Positions 19,261 through 29,362 of a stretch of DNA of 64,000 bases are shown here, piece by piece; the first letter of the stretch is position 1, and every line of letters begins with the position of its first letter. Made by a program: the position numbers and the translations under genes. This DNA comes from Tepidisphaeraceae bacterium (lineage in GTDB: Bacteria > Planctomycetota > Phycisphaerae > Tepidisphaerales > Tepidisphaeraceae). The stretch spans positions 5,337,209 to 5,401,208 of the forward strand of contig JASGKC010000001.1 of the NCBI GenBank assembly GCA_047600945.1, written 5' to 3'. A model generated the notes under the pieces. It did not search any database. It had not been told where the DNA came from and saw nothing but the letters and a program-made list of their open reading frames with translations.

Positions 19261-19674
19261 ATGCCTTCCATCACCGGCCTGATTGAAACAGCGTTGTACG
19301 TCACCGACATGCCGCACGCCGTGGATTTCTACCAGCGGGTGCTCGGATTCGAGACGCTCCGCGGTGACGAACGATTCCACGCCTTCAGCGTGGCGAGTCG
19401 TCACGTGCTGCTGCTGTTCCTCAAGGGTGGATCGCTGACCACACAGGTCCTCCCGGGTGGCACCATCCCGCCGCATGATGGCAGCGGACCCGTCCACATC
19501 GGATTCACCATCGACGCTTCCGCGCTCGCAGAGTGGGAACAGCGACTGGCGAACCACGGTGTAACCATCGAAGGTCGAACGACATGGGATCGCGGCGGCA
19601 CGAGCATCTATTTCCGCGATCCGGATGGGCACCTGCTCGAACTGCTCACGCCGGGCGTATGGACGATCTATTGA
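19261..19674 (+). CDS. VOC family protein (glyoxalase/bleomycin-resistance fold)
   Basis: ALYVTDMPHAVDFYQRVLGFE N-terminus and HIGF / DPDGHLLEL motifs. Confidence 0.75.
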   Translation: MPSITGLIETALYVTDMPHAVDFYQRVLGFETLRGDERFHAFSVASRHVLLLFLKGGSLTTQVLPGGTIPPHDGSGPVHIGFTIDASALAEWEQRLANHGVTIEGRTTWDRGGTSIYFRDPDGHLLELLTPGVWTIY

Positions 19675-19687
19675 TCGCGGTCCGCGT

Positions 19688-20425
19688 TCAACTTTTGACC
19701 GCTCCGAACGCCGCGAAGCACGACACCTTGTGCAACACGTCCACCTGCGCGAAGCCGACCGACCGCAGCAGTTCGAGTTGGTACACCAGCGGTTTAGGCG
19801 TGTCTTCCTCTTCGATGTACGCGAACACGTGGTCGCGGTACGCCTCGCCTTTGAACGCGACGAGGTAGTCGCTGTGCTGCTGCCGGCCGATCGCCTGGGC
19901 GGCCGGGATGGTGTGGTCGATGAGGTCGAAGATCCACACGCCCCCGCCGGGCCGAAGGGCGCGGTGGAACTTCGCGAAGACGATCCGCCATTCGTCGTCG
20001 GTCCGCAAATGATGCAGCACGGCCGCCGCGAGGATGATGTCGACCGACTCGCCCGCCAGCTCGATTTCACGGATGTCGCCTTGCAGTGCGGTTACCTTGC
20101 CCGCGGTCGCGGCGCTGACGCGCTGCACGGCGCGATCCAGCATCGGCCGGCTGAGGTCGACCAGCGTCGCGTCCAGGTTCGGCTTGTGCTGCATCAGCTT
20201 CAGCGTGTAGTTGCCGGCGCCGCAGCCGACGTCGAGCACGTGCGTCGCGTTCGGCGTCGCCAGCGCGGCCGCCCGGGCGACGAGGTCCATCGCCAGCGGC
20301 GCGTCCATCGTCGCGGATTGACCGGTCTCAAGGTTGGAGAACCGTTCGACGTCGGCGTCGAACCTCCTTCGGATGTCGTCGGGCGTGGACTTGGGCATCC
20401 ACTCGTCATAGAGCCGGACGAACAT
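19688..20425 (-). CDS. Class I SAM-dependent methyltransferase
   Basis: Motif I VLDVGCGAGNYTL; Rossmann-fold MTase layout. Confidence 0.8.
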   Translation of the reverse strand: MFVRLYDEWMPKSTPDDIRRRFDADVERFSNLETGQSATMDAPLAMDLVARAAALATPNATHVLDVGCGAGNYTLKLMQHKPNLDATLVDLSRPMLDRAVQRVSAATAGKVTALQGDIREIELAGESVDIILAAAVLHHLRTDDEWRIVFAKFHRALRPGGGVWIFDLIDHTIPAAQAIGRQQHSDYLVAFKGEAYRDHVFAYIEEEDTPKPLVYQLELLRSVGFAQVDVLHKVSCFAAFGAVKS

Positions 20426-20509
20426 CGACTCAACGGAAATCGTGAGTCAGCAAAAAAGAACCGGCGAGATGCTCGCCGGCTACACGGGGCTTGGATTGAA
20501 GAATCGGGC

Positions 20510-23419
20510 TTACTTCGTCTGAACGGCGCCGGCGCTCCAACTGCTCGCCGGGCGATAGTTGCCGTAGTAGTCAACGAACACGCCACCCACGGGCGTGGCG
20601 ATGTTGCTCGCCACTTCGCCGGCCAGCGGCGCCTTCAGCGACGTCAGCACGGTGTCGTCGAAGTAGTCGGTGCCGACGGGCGACAGCGCGTTCCACTCGC
20701 TGGGCGTGAGGTAGACCGACGAATCGTTCACACCCGGGGCACCGACGTAGTTGATGCCGCCCTGCGCCCAGGCCAGGATCGTCGGGTTCTCCCACACGTT
20801 GCTGTCGATCGCAGTGAAGCTCGAGAGGCTCGAGCTCATCACCTGAACCGGCGACGTCGCGTAAGAGCCCGTCACCAGTTTCGGCGCGACGTACAGGTTG
20901 TTCAGCAGCTTGATGCCGTCCACCGCACCTTGGACCAGCAGGAAGTGGCCCTGCGTGCCGTTGTTGAAGCCGGTGTTGTTGACGATCGTCAGGTCAGTGA
21001 CAACGCGGTTGTACTGCGAGTTGTAGGCCTCGACGACGATGTCGGCCTCGTTGTCCATGCTCAGCAGGTTGTTCCGAATGACGACCTTCTGAGCGCCGTG
21101 GGCAACCGTGACCTTGCCGCCGTCGACCTCGTTGTTTTCGAGGACGGCGAACAGCGTGCGGGCGTCGGGCTCGCCCAGGCCGGTCGGGCCGCCGAGCGGA
21201 CCGATGTTCACCGGGCCGTGCAGTTCGTTGCCTGAGACGTACGCGTACGTGCTGCGCTGCACGTTGAGCGCAGCCTTGGCGTCGTCCTTCGGATCGACGC
21301 TGCGCCGATCGAGGTTTGTGAGGTCGTTGCCCGTGAAGAGCAGCCGATCGGCGCCGAACACGCGAATGGTGTGTTCGCGCGTCACGTTCGCGACCTTGTT
21401 GCCCAGCACCACGATATTCGAGCCCTGGATCCACATGAAGTAATTGCGGATGCCAGTGATCAGCGGCGCGGTGCAGTCCTGCACGAGCACGCCGTTGGGC
21501 ATGCTGTTGAGGTTCAGGCCGTTCGCGAGGTTCAGGAAGGTGCAGTTGCGGACGGTGATGTTCTGACCGTACGGCGTGATGCCGTTGGGGATGTTGGTCG
21601 GGTCGCCGTCGGTGGCGTTGTAGATCGAATCGAGCGTGACGTTTTCGATGGTCGAGTTCGAGCTGCCCGGCGTGGTGAAGATGATCGAGCGGGCGCGGTC
21701 GCGCGGGCCCGAGTACCGCAGGACCGGGGCGTTGCCCGTGCCGTATGCGCCGATGTACGAGCCGTCGCCGGTGAGTTCGAGGTCGTCGGTGCCGGTGTCG
21801 AAGGTGTCGCCGCGACGGAAGTAAATCGCGACATCGCCGCCCAGCGCGAGGACGGCCGCGCGGGAGAAGGTGCGAATGGGCCGATCGACCGTGCCGGCGG
21901 CGGTGTCGTCGCCGTTGGAGGCGACGTAGATCGCCCGGCGTGTCGCCGCGCGGACGTTCACCGTCTGCGTCACGGTGTTGTACTTGCCCGCTTCATTGAA
22001 GACGCGGAGCGTGATCGTGTACGTGCCGGGAGCCGAGTAGACGTGGGCGGCGTTGTAGCCGACCAGCTTGTTGAAGCGGGAATTCGTTTCGCCGAAATCC
22101 CACTCGTAGCGGGCCGTCGTGGCGTTGCCGGCGTTGAGCGTGCTGGAGAGGCCGTCGACATGAATGGCGACGCCGTTTTCGACCGTGAATCCCGTCAGGC
22201 TGCTGATGCGTGCGACCGGCGCCGACGCGTTGCCGATCACCGGGGGCAAACTTGCACCCGTGGTCGTCCCGCCGGTCGAACCGCCTGTCGACCCACCCGT
22301 GGACCCGCCGGTGCTGCCACCAGTCGAGCCTCCGGTCGAACCGCCCGTGCTGCCTCCGGTCGAGCCGCCGGTGGTTCCGCCGGTCGTCCAGTTGCGGATC
22401 GACTCGACGCTGTAGTTGGTTTCGACGTTCATCGAAACGTCGCTGCCGCCGTTCGCGGCCACCCAGTCGTTGCCCGCGCCGCCGTCGATGGAGTCGGCGC
22501 CGTTGCCGGTGACGATGGCGTCGTTGCCGTCGCCGGCGTAGACGATCACGCTGCTGTTGCCGGCGACGTTGATGCCGTCATTGCCCGCGCCGGCCGTGAC
22601 GCTGACCGGCAGGCCGACCCGTGCCGAAACGCTGAAGTAGTCGTTCCCGCTGCCGCCGCGCAGGTCGATCGACGATACCGACGCCTTCGGGAAACTGGCC
22701 ACGCTGTTCGAGAAGCGCACGAGCACCTTCGACGCAGAACTGTCGAGGTCGACCAGGATGCTGCCCGGCGCGCTGGCCGGCGTGCTGAGGCGGAGGATGC
22801 CCGACGACGTCAATTCGGCGATGTCGCCCGTCGAGGCGGCGAGATTTGAAGAGACGATTCGTTCGACCATCTCGAAGCTGTCGGCGTTCATCGCGACGTC
22901 GGCGCCGCCGTTGCCAATGACCGTGTCGGCACCGGCCCCGCCGTCGAGCGAGTCGTTGCCCGCGCCGCCTTCAATGCGGTCGTTGCCAAGGCCGCCCGAC
23001 GCGAGAATCGGGAAAGCAATGGCTTGGTTGACGACGATGGTGTCGTTGCGGGCGCCGCCGGTGATCTTGGCGACTGTGATCGTGCTGCTGGGATAGGTGT
23101 ACGCCTGCCCGTTCACGCGGACCACGGCGATCAAGCCGAGCGGTGCGACAGTGATGGTGTTGGCGGAGTAAAGATCGCCCTGGATGGTGAGCACGCCGCC
23201 GGCGACGGCGCTGGAGGCGAGCAACTGGCGATGTTCGAGAGAGTCGAGGACAGGCTGGGCAGCCCGGCCGAGCAGGGCCGAGGCGGGATGCGGAGTTTCG
23301 ACGACAGCGTTGCCGACGAGTGAAGGGACAAAAGGCACAAGCCCAAGACGGGCGGCCGGAGTTGCGGTGGTGCCGGTGGGCCGGCGTCGGCGCGAAGTCG
23401 TTCGAAGGGGCATCTTCAT
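20510..23419 (-). CDS. Large secreted right-handed beta-helix protein with PKD-like domain and hemolysin-type Ca-binding (GGxGxD) repeats
   Basis: RTX-like nonapeptides (GGAGNDSLDGGAGADTVIGNGGADV; GDGNDAIVTGNGADSIDGGAGNDWVAANGGSDV), pectate-lyase-like NxxxG repeats, (GGST)n linker, N-terminal signal/anchor region. Confidence 0.7.
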   Translation of the reverse strand: MKMPLRTTSRRRRPTGTTATPAARLGLVPFVPSLVGNAVVETPHPASALLGRAAQPVLDSLEHRQLLASSAVAGGVLTIQGDLYSANTITVAPLGLIAVVRVNGQAYTYPSSTITVAKITGGARNDTIVVNQAIAFPILASGGLGNDRIEGGAGNDSLDGGAGADTVIGNGGADVAMNADSFEMVERIVSSNLAASTGDIAELTSSGILRLSTPASAPGSILVDLDSSASKVLVRFSNSVASFPKASVSSIDLRGGSGNDYFSVSARVGLPVSVTAGAGNDGINVAGNSSVIVYAGDGNDAIVTGNGADSIDGGAGNDWVAANGGSDVSMNVETNYSVESIRNWTTGGTTGGSTGGSTGGSTGGSTGGSTGGSTGGSTGGSTGGTTTGASLPPVIGNASAPVARISSLTGFTVENGVAIHVDGLSSTLNAGNATTARYEWDFGETNSRFNKLVGYNAAHVYSAPGTYTITLRVFNEAGKYNTVTQTVNVRAATRRAIYVASNGDDTAAGTVDRPIRTFSRAAVLALGGDVAIYFRRGDTFDTGTDDLELTGDGSYIGAYGTGNAPVLRYSGPRDRARSIIFTTPGSSNSTIENVTLDSIYNATDGDPTNIPNGITPYGQNITVRNCTFLNLANGLNLNSMPNGVLVQDCTAPLITGIRNYFMWIQGSNIVVLGNKVANVTREHTIRVFGADRLLFTGNDLTNLDRRSVDPKDDAKAALNVQRSTYAYVSGNELHGPVNIGPLGGPTGLGEPDARTLFAVLENNEVDGGKVTVAHGAQKVVIRNNLLSMDNEADIVVEAYNSQYNRVVTDLTIVNNTGFNNGTQGHFLLVQGAVDGIKLLNNLYVAPKLVTGSYATSPVQVMSSSLSSFTAIDSNVWENPTILAWAQGGINYVGAPGVNDSSVYLTPSEWNALSPVGTDYFDDTVLTSLKAPLAGEVASNIATPVGGVFVDYYGNYRPASSWSAGAVQTK
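22255..22395. repeat. In-frame 12-bp tandem repeat encoding (GGST)n inside the 969-aa gene
   Basis: ~11 consecutive units of GGTSGASCCRCC-like 12-mers on the coding strand; translates to GGSTGGSTGGST... Confidence 0.6.
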
Positions 23420-24266
23420 CCCTTGGCTAGGGGACCAGCGGGCGGCCTGTTACGAGCCACCGCGCATTACAAAACCGTTCCTTTCTCGCCTGATACACCG
23501 GCGACGCACCGGGTTTTCGAAGGTTGCTCCTTCGTTGTGCAGAGGCCTACCCTCTGCTGCATCAGGTTTTCACTGAAGACAGTTGAGCGTGTGGTTATGG
23601 GACTTGCCGCGGAAATTGCAATCAAGAACTTCCCGGAAAATCACTTTTCCCGTCATCCCTAAGTTGCCGCTAAAAATAGCGTTAGGTGATGAGTCAGGGC
23701 GGCATAAAACCGCACCGCGACCGGATCGCCTTCGGATCCTGCGCGACGCAACACTTCGCTGCTGCCGTCGTTACGAGAAGCTGACTTTCTGTCCGCTTTC
23801 GCATTCCGCCGTCGTCAACCGATTCCGATGGATCGGAACGGCCTCGGGCGAACAACTTTCGTATCGGCCCCGAAGGACCGCACCTGCAAAGCTGGCGAAG
23901 ATATTCCGGTGAATCCGAACAAAGCGCAAGCACCGGCAATCCCGGCACTCGGCGTCGGCTCGGCATTCGCCCGGCGCACTCACTCCCGTGACGGCGCTGC
24001 GCGACCGTGCGCACACCTGAAACAAGTTTTTTTGTCGGACCTTGAGAACCCGATGCCCAAGCACGAAGTCCGAATGTCGAAATGCTTCAGCGATCTGCGG
24101 CATTCGACCTGCGCCCTTCGAACTTGACTCCCACCCTCCCCGCGCCGTTGACGCCCAACCCGCTCACGCTTATTCTTCCCCGCTCGACTTTCCGAGACAC
24201 CCCTCTCGGACTAGTCGGAAACAAATGTGAAAACCGTGAAGGCCACCCCTTCGCGGTGCATCGGTC

Positions 24267-24339
24267 GGCCCCATCGTCTAGAGGCCTAGGACACGCCCCT
24301 TTCACGGGCGCGACGCGGGTTCAAATCCCGCTGGGGTCA
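24267..24339 (+). tRNA. tRNA-Glu (anticodon UUC)
   Basis: Cloverleaf: acceptor GGCCCCA/TGGGGTC, D-arm GTCT-AGAGGCCTA-GGAC, anticodon stem CGCCC/GGGCG with loop CTTTCAC (anticodon TTC), T-arm GCGGG-TTCAAAT-CCCGC; close match to canonical bacterial tRNA-Glu. Confidence 0.85.
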
Positions 24340-24467
24340 GTCCACTCAAAGCACCCGGTCAATAGTTGACCGGGTGTTTTCGTTTTGCTCGGTGATTTGG
24401 TTCTGTTGCACGACGGTTACAGTTTCCACTGAACTACTTCACCACATCACTACATAACCACTGAACC

Positions 24468-25424
24468 ATGGCCAAAGCACCCGCGCCGCTCTTCGTCGAC
24501 CCGATCTACAACGGCGCCGCCGACCCCGTGCCGATCTGGAATCGCGACGAGCAGGTCTGGTGGCTGCTCTACACGAATCGCAGGGCGACGGTCGAGGTGC
24601 CGGGCTACTCGTGGGTGCATGGCACCGACATCGGCATCGCCGCGACGCTCGATCGCGGCGCGTCGTGGACGTATCGCGGCACGTGCGAGTTCGAGCCGAT
24701 CGAGCCCGGCCACAACACGTTCTGGGCACCGGAAATCCTCTTCTTCGACGGCCTGTACCACGCGTACGTCAGCTACGTGCCCGGCGTGCCCGGCGACTGG
24801 AACGCCACCCGCGCCATCCTCCACTACACCAGCGACAACCTCTGGCGCTGGAATTACCGATCGACGCTGCCCCTCAGCAGCGACCGCGTGATCGATGCGT
24901 GCGTCTTCCGCATGTCCAACGGCGTCTGGCGGCTCTGGTACAAGGACGAGGTCAATCACAGCCACACGTGGGTGGCCGAGAGCGCCGACCTCTTCCAGTG
25001 GCGCGTGATCGGGCCGTGCATCACCGACGTGAACCACGAAGGCCCGAACGTCTTCGCGTGGCGCGGGCACTACTGGATGATCACCGACCCCTGGGCCGGA
25101 CTGGGCGTGTACCGCTCGCCCGATTTGCGCGACTGGACGCGCCAGCCCGGCAACCTGCTCGACAGGCCCGGCAAGCGGCGCGACGACGGCTTCCGCGGCT
25201 CGCACGCCGACGTGCTCGTGCAGGGCGACGACGCGTACCTTTTCTACTTCGTCCACCCCGGCGGCGGGAACCCCAACGGCAAGCTCGACCGTAACGACAT
25301 CCTACCCTACGAGTATCGCCGCACGTCGCTCCAAGTGGCGAAGCTCGGCCTCGTCGACGGCAATATCGTCTGCGACCGCGATGCCGATTTCGATTTCGAA
25401 CTGAAGGATGAAGCCGATGCCTGA
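24468..25424 (+). CDS. Beta-propeller glycoside hydrolase (GH43/GH32 clan-like), cytoplasmic
   Basis: Repeated WxxD / W-rich blade motifs (WAPEILFFDGLYH, WMITDPW), no signal peptide. Confidence 0.5.
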   Translation: MAKAPAPLFVDPIYNGAADPVPIWNRDEQVWWLLYTNRRATVEVPGYSWVHGTDIGIAATLDRGASWTYRGTCEFEPIEPGHNTFWAPEILFFDGLYHAYVSYVPGVPGDWNATRAILHYTSDNLWRWNYRSTLPLSSDRVIDACVFRMSNGVWRLWYKDEVNHSHTWVAESADLFQWRVIGPCITDVNHEGPNVFAWRGHYWMITDPWAGLGVYRSPDLRDWTRQPGNLLDRPGKRRDDGFRGSHADVLVQGDDAYLFYFVHPGGGNPNGKLDRNDILPYEYRRTSLQVAKLGLVDGNIVCDRDADFDFELKDEADA

Positions 25425-26406
25425 TTTGTCGCGTCGAACGCTGTGCCTGACGCTGATCTCGGCTCTCGTCGCGACGCAACTGCGCGCCGAGCCGACCACT
25501 GCGCCGACTGCCGCACCATCAACGCGACCTGCCGAAGCGATGCTCTTCAGCTACTTCACCGGCAACGGCGAGCGCGGCCTGCGCTTCGCCACCAGCGACG
25601 ATGGCTTGGTCTTCAGGCCCCTCCGCAACGGACGATCGTTCCTCGCGCCCAACGTGGGCGAAGAAAAGATCATGCGCGACCCGTTCCTCATCCAGGACCC
25701 GCGCGACGGCACGTTCCACCTGCTCTGGACCACCGCATGGAAAGGCAAAACCATCGGCCACGCCTCGAGCAAAGACCTTCTTCACTGGACCGACCAGCAG
25801 GCCATCGAAGTGATGAAAGGCCACGACGGCACGCGGAATTGCTGGGCTCCCGAAGCGATCTACGACGACCGCGACGGCGGGCGGTTCGTGATCTTCTGGT
25901 CCAGCACTGTCGACGGCCGGTTCAATGAGACGCAGCGTTCCGGCGACGAAAGCTACAACCACCGCATCTACTCGACAACGACGCGCGACTTCCAGACGTT
26001 CACGGAAGCCAAGCTCTTCTACGATCCCGGCTTCAACGTGATCGACGCGACGTTTCTGCACGATGCGTCGGGCAAGCTGAAACTGATCGTGAAGAACGAA
26101 ACCCGCAACCCGGCCGCGAAGTGGCTGCAAATCGCCGACGCCGAGTCGCCCACCGGCCCGTTCGGCCCGGCCGGCAAGCCGTTCACGCCCCCGTGGGTGG
26201 AAGGCCCGACCGCCATCGCGATCGGCGACTGGAACTACGCCTACTACGACGCCTACACGGCCGGCCACTTCGGCGCGATGCGGTCGAAGGACTGCGTCAC
26301 GTGGGAAGACATCACCGGCCAGATCAAGTTCCCCCGAGGCGCGCGGCACGGAACGGTCCTTCGCGTCGATCGCAAACTGATCGAGTCGCTCGAAGCGGCA
26401 CAGTGA
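25408..26406 (+). CDS. Secreted glycoside hydrolase family 43-like protein
   Basis: Signal peptide MKPMPDLSRRTLCLTLISALVATQLRA; DPFLIQDP, WAPEAIYD, GPFG motifs of GH43 five-bladed propeller; overlaps upstream gene by 17 nt. Confidence 0.55.
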   Translation: MKPMPDLSRRTLCLTLISALVATQLRAEPTTAPTAAPSTRPAEAMLFSYFTGNGERGLRFATSDDGLVFRPLRNGRSFLAPNVGEEKIMRDPFLIQDPRDGTFHLLWTTAWKGKTIGHASSKDLLHWTDQQAIEVMKGHDGTRNCWAPEAIYDDRDGGRFVIFWSSTVDGRFNETQRSGDESYNHRIYSTTTRDFQTFTEAKLFYDPGFNVIDATFLHDASGKLKLIVKNETRNPAAKWLQIADAESPTGPFGPAGKPFTPPWVEGPTAIAIGDWNYAYYDAYTAGHFGAMRSKDCVTWEDITGQIKFPRGARHGTVLRVDRKLIESLEAAQ

Positions 26407-26568
26407 AATCGACGGCGTGTCCGACCTCGTAGCACGAGCGTCCCGATCATGCCTCTGTTTCTGTTCATCGCGGCGGCGAACTTCGTGGCACGGCCGTCCC
26501 GGCCGTGAAGATCACGAGCGAGACGCCCATGCCACGCCGCTTGATCGCACCTGAGTTGCTGAATCCAC

Positions 26569-26964
26569 TCACGCCCCCAACCGCAGCAGTCGCAGACTGA
26601 GCAGCGCCAACGCCACACACCCGACATTGCTCGCTAGGACATAACTCGCCGCGGCCAGCAACCGTTTCTCTTCGATCAGGTTCGAAGTCTCCAGCGCGAA
26701 CGACGAGAACGTCGTGAAGCCGCCGAGCACGCCGACGATCAGCAGCGGCCGCAGCGTGCTCGCATGGCCGGGCCAGCGTTCGATGACCGCCGCCGTCAGC
26801 ACGCCGATCATCAGGCAGCCGACGAGGTTCACGACCAGCGTCGCCCACGGAAATGTGGTGTTCGGACCGAGCGTGCGCGCGAACAGCAGGTTCACCGCAA
26901 ACCGCAGCGAAGCCCCGAACGCGCCGCCAAAGGCAACGAGCAGAAACTGGTAGAGCGTGGTCAT
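26569..26964 (-). CDS. crcB: Fluoride ion channel CrcB/FluC
   Basis: ~130 aa, four TM helices, GGFGASLRF and GVLGGFTTFSSF signature motifs. Confidence 0.85.
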   Translation of the reverse strand: MTTLYQFLLVAFGGAFGASLRFAVNLLFARTLGPNTTFPWATLVVNLVGCLMIGVLTAAVIERWPGHASTLRPLLIVGVLGGFTTFSSFALETSNLIEEKRLLAAASYVLASNVGCVALALLSLRLLRLGA

Positions 26965-26994
26965 AGGATTGCGCAATCGGCCTGCATCTGATTC

Positions 26995-27235
26995 GAACCA
27001 CAAAGATCACGGAGCGCACAGAGTGCACAGAGAAGTCGACCCGGAATTTTTTTGAGTTCGGATTGAGCACCGAGTGCAGCCGGGTGCCACGGCATCGGTA
27101 CTCCGTTGCTGTGGGACGCTTGGTAGAGCAGAGCGTCCTGTTTTCCGCAAGCGTACCACGGCTAGCGAGTACGCAAGCCGTGGCACCCGAGCCTCCCTTC
27201 TTTCCTCTGTGTTCTCTGTGGCTCTGCGGTGACGA
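26995..27235. repeat. MITE-like inverted-repeat element, copy 3, with nested palindromic GGGTGCCACGG element (27100-27200)
   Basis: Outer arms GATCACGGAGCGCACAGAGTGCACAGAGAAG / CTTCTTTCCTCTGTGTTCTCTGTGGCTCTGCGGTG; inner element with termini GGTGCCACGG...CCGTGGCACCC. Confidence 0.45.
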
Positions 27236-27240
27236 GAGCC

Positions 27241-28412
27241 TCACTGCCGGAGGTGGTAGCTCTTGATCATCGTCTGCTGGAAGTCCGGGTAGGCGTTGAT
27301 GTCGTGACGGGACAGATCGAGGCCCTCGTATTCATCGTCTTCGTCTTCGCGGAGCTTATTGATTGATTTGAGCGCCAGGCAGATCGCCACGACGCCGACT
27401 GTCATCACGACGGCCGTGCCGAGCATCAGGCCGATGATCTTGCCGGCCAGCAATGCGTTCTCGCCGCGCGTGATCGACACGAACATCAGGATGAGGATCG
27501 CCACGAACGCCATGCCCAGTGGCGACACCAGACCGCCGGGGTCGTCGATGCGGTAGCGCAGGTCGATCTGCACGCTGAACCATGGTGTCAGAACGCCGAG
27601 CACGGCGCCGACGACGATCGCCAGCCACGGCGCGAACGACCCGCCCGCCACCGCGCCCGCCAGCGCACCGGCCAGCGCGGCCGCGCTGCACAGCAGCACG
27701 TCGACCTTGCCGAAGCGAAGCCCCGTCCACACCGCCGCCGCGCAGATAGCGGCCGACGATCCGAGCAGCACGCCGGCGATCGGCTTATCGCCCGACATGC
27801 CCATCGCCGCCGGAAGCAGCAGCGCCAGCACCAGCGTGCCGAGCAATTGGAGTGTCAGGTTGTGGCCTGGCAGGATGTTGGCCGAGCCGTCGCGGTTGTA
27901 CTTGCCCTGCCGCGCGCCCAACACAAGGGCCGCCCCCGCGCCGGCGAGCGACGACGCCAGCACCGGCGCCATCGCCAGGCCGACGAAGTGCGCCTCGATC
28001 GAAAACGCCATCCGCTGCCCCGCCGCCGCGATGATGCCGACGAAGCCGGCGATGACCATCTGCGCACGAGCTTCGCCCGCTCGTACATCGCGCCGGTAAC
28101 GACGATCACCGACGTCCACGCGATGACCAGCAGCGACGGCAGCAGGAACGCGACGTCGATCTTCATGCTCTGGCCGAGCTCGTTGGAAGCGCCCAGCCAC
28201 ACCACGTGGGCTGCACCGTACGCCGTCAGTGCTGCAACAGCCGATTCGATGATCGACCGCCCCACCGTGGTGGCGGCCGACCGGGCGCGGACCGAACCGG
28301 CGCTGTGCAACAGCAAACCCGCGCGAAGCAGAATGAGCACGAGCAAACTGACGATCGTCGACATGACGGGCATTATCGGCGTCGCGACCGACTTTTCGAG
28401 CCGCCGCGTCAC
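27241..28412 (-). CDS. amt: Ammonium transporter (Amt family), reading frame interrupted by an apparent -1 shift near 28070-28095
   Basis: N-terminal frame (ORF 27855-28412) ends ...TGAMYERAKL at the GAxAER motif; C-terminal frame continues MVIAGFVGII... to RIDDPGG and EGLDLSRHDINAY (Amt C-terminal signatures). Confidence 0.7.
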
Positions 28413-28507
28413 AGCATTCCGGGCGATCGGTCGATACCATCGGACGCCGATCAGACGCCCGTGGTACGGCGTCGCGCAGTTGGGCTTCGGTATCGGAAAC
28501 AGCAGGC

Positions 28508-29353
28508 ATGATTCGGCGGCTTCAGGGTGGTCAGTTCTGGCTCTTCACGCAGGCCGAGCAAGCGCGCGTGGCGGCCGAACTCGCGCGACATCTGGACACG
28601 GCGTCTGCTCGTCTGGTCGGGCCGTCGCGGAAAGATGCGTTGGTCGCCGCGCTGGCCGTACACGAGGCCGGTTGGACGCCGATCGACGCGAATCCGCCGC
28701 TGAGTCCGCAGCGCTATCCGCTCGACGCGCTCGAAGCGCACTGGTCGCTCACGTTCAACGCGTGGGGCACGACGACCGACGAGGCGCTGAAGCTGAACGA
28801 CGACTACGTCGCCCTGCTCGTCAGCGTACACGGGTTGCAATTGTCGTACGACGCCGGCCGACCCACCGAGCGGGCCAGCCGGTTCGATCCGCACGAGATG
28901 CGAAAGCATTTCATGGCCAACAAGTTTCAGCACCGACAGATCGAGATTCAGGAAGAGCTGCGGCCGCGGCTGGGCATGGCAATCGACGAGCCGCGCCGGC
29001 TGGGCATCGCGGTCGATCTGATCAACGACGGGAAGGAACGCACATTCAGCAACGACTACCGCTGGATGCAGGCGCTCGATCTGATGAGCCTAAGCTTGCT
29101 GGCGACCGACGTGGTGGCCGCCCCGCTGGGGCCGATTTACTCGCTCGAAGGGCAACTCGAGACGCTCCGCGTGTCGCGTGTGGACGCCAGCACGATGACG
29201 GTGTCTCCCTGGCCGTTCGCGGGCAAGTCGATCCGGATCGCCACCGAATACCGCGAATACCCGGCCGCTCCAACGCGCAGTCAGCCGGAGTTCCAGCACG
29301 CGTACGCCGGGCTCGATCCGCGTAAACTCGAACTGCTCGTGCGGCCGCTATAG
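28508..29353 (+). CDS. Hypothetical protein (possibly DUF3891-like)
   Basis: Protein-like 281-aa ORF beginning MIRRLQGGQFWLF..; no confident family assignment. Confidence 0.45.
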   Translation: MIRRLQGGQFWLFTQAEQARVAAELARHLDTASARLVGPSRKDALVAALAVHEAGWTPIDANPPLSPQRYPLDALEAHWSLTFNAWGTTTDEALKLNDDYVALLVSVHGLQLSYDAGRPTERASRFDPHEMRKHFMANKFQHRQIEIQEELRPRLGMAIDEPRRLGIAVDLINDGKERTFSNDYRWMQALDLMSLSLLATDVVAAPLGPIYSLEGQLETLRVSRVDASTMTVSPWPFAGKSIRIATEYREYPAAPTRSQPEFQHAYAGLDPRKLELLVRPL

Positions 29354-29362
29354 ACTTCCGCC

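Noticed and set aside
24267-24339. tRNA gene as possible integration site of a genomic island
   Set aside because: No integrase, direct repeat of the tRNA 3' end or obvious compositional island adjacent; flanking genes are ordinary glycoside hydrolases and the large adhesin-like gene.
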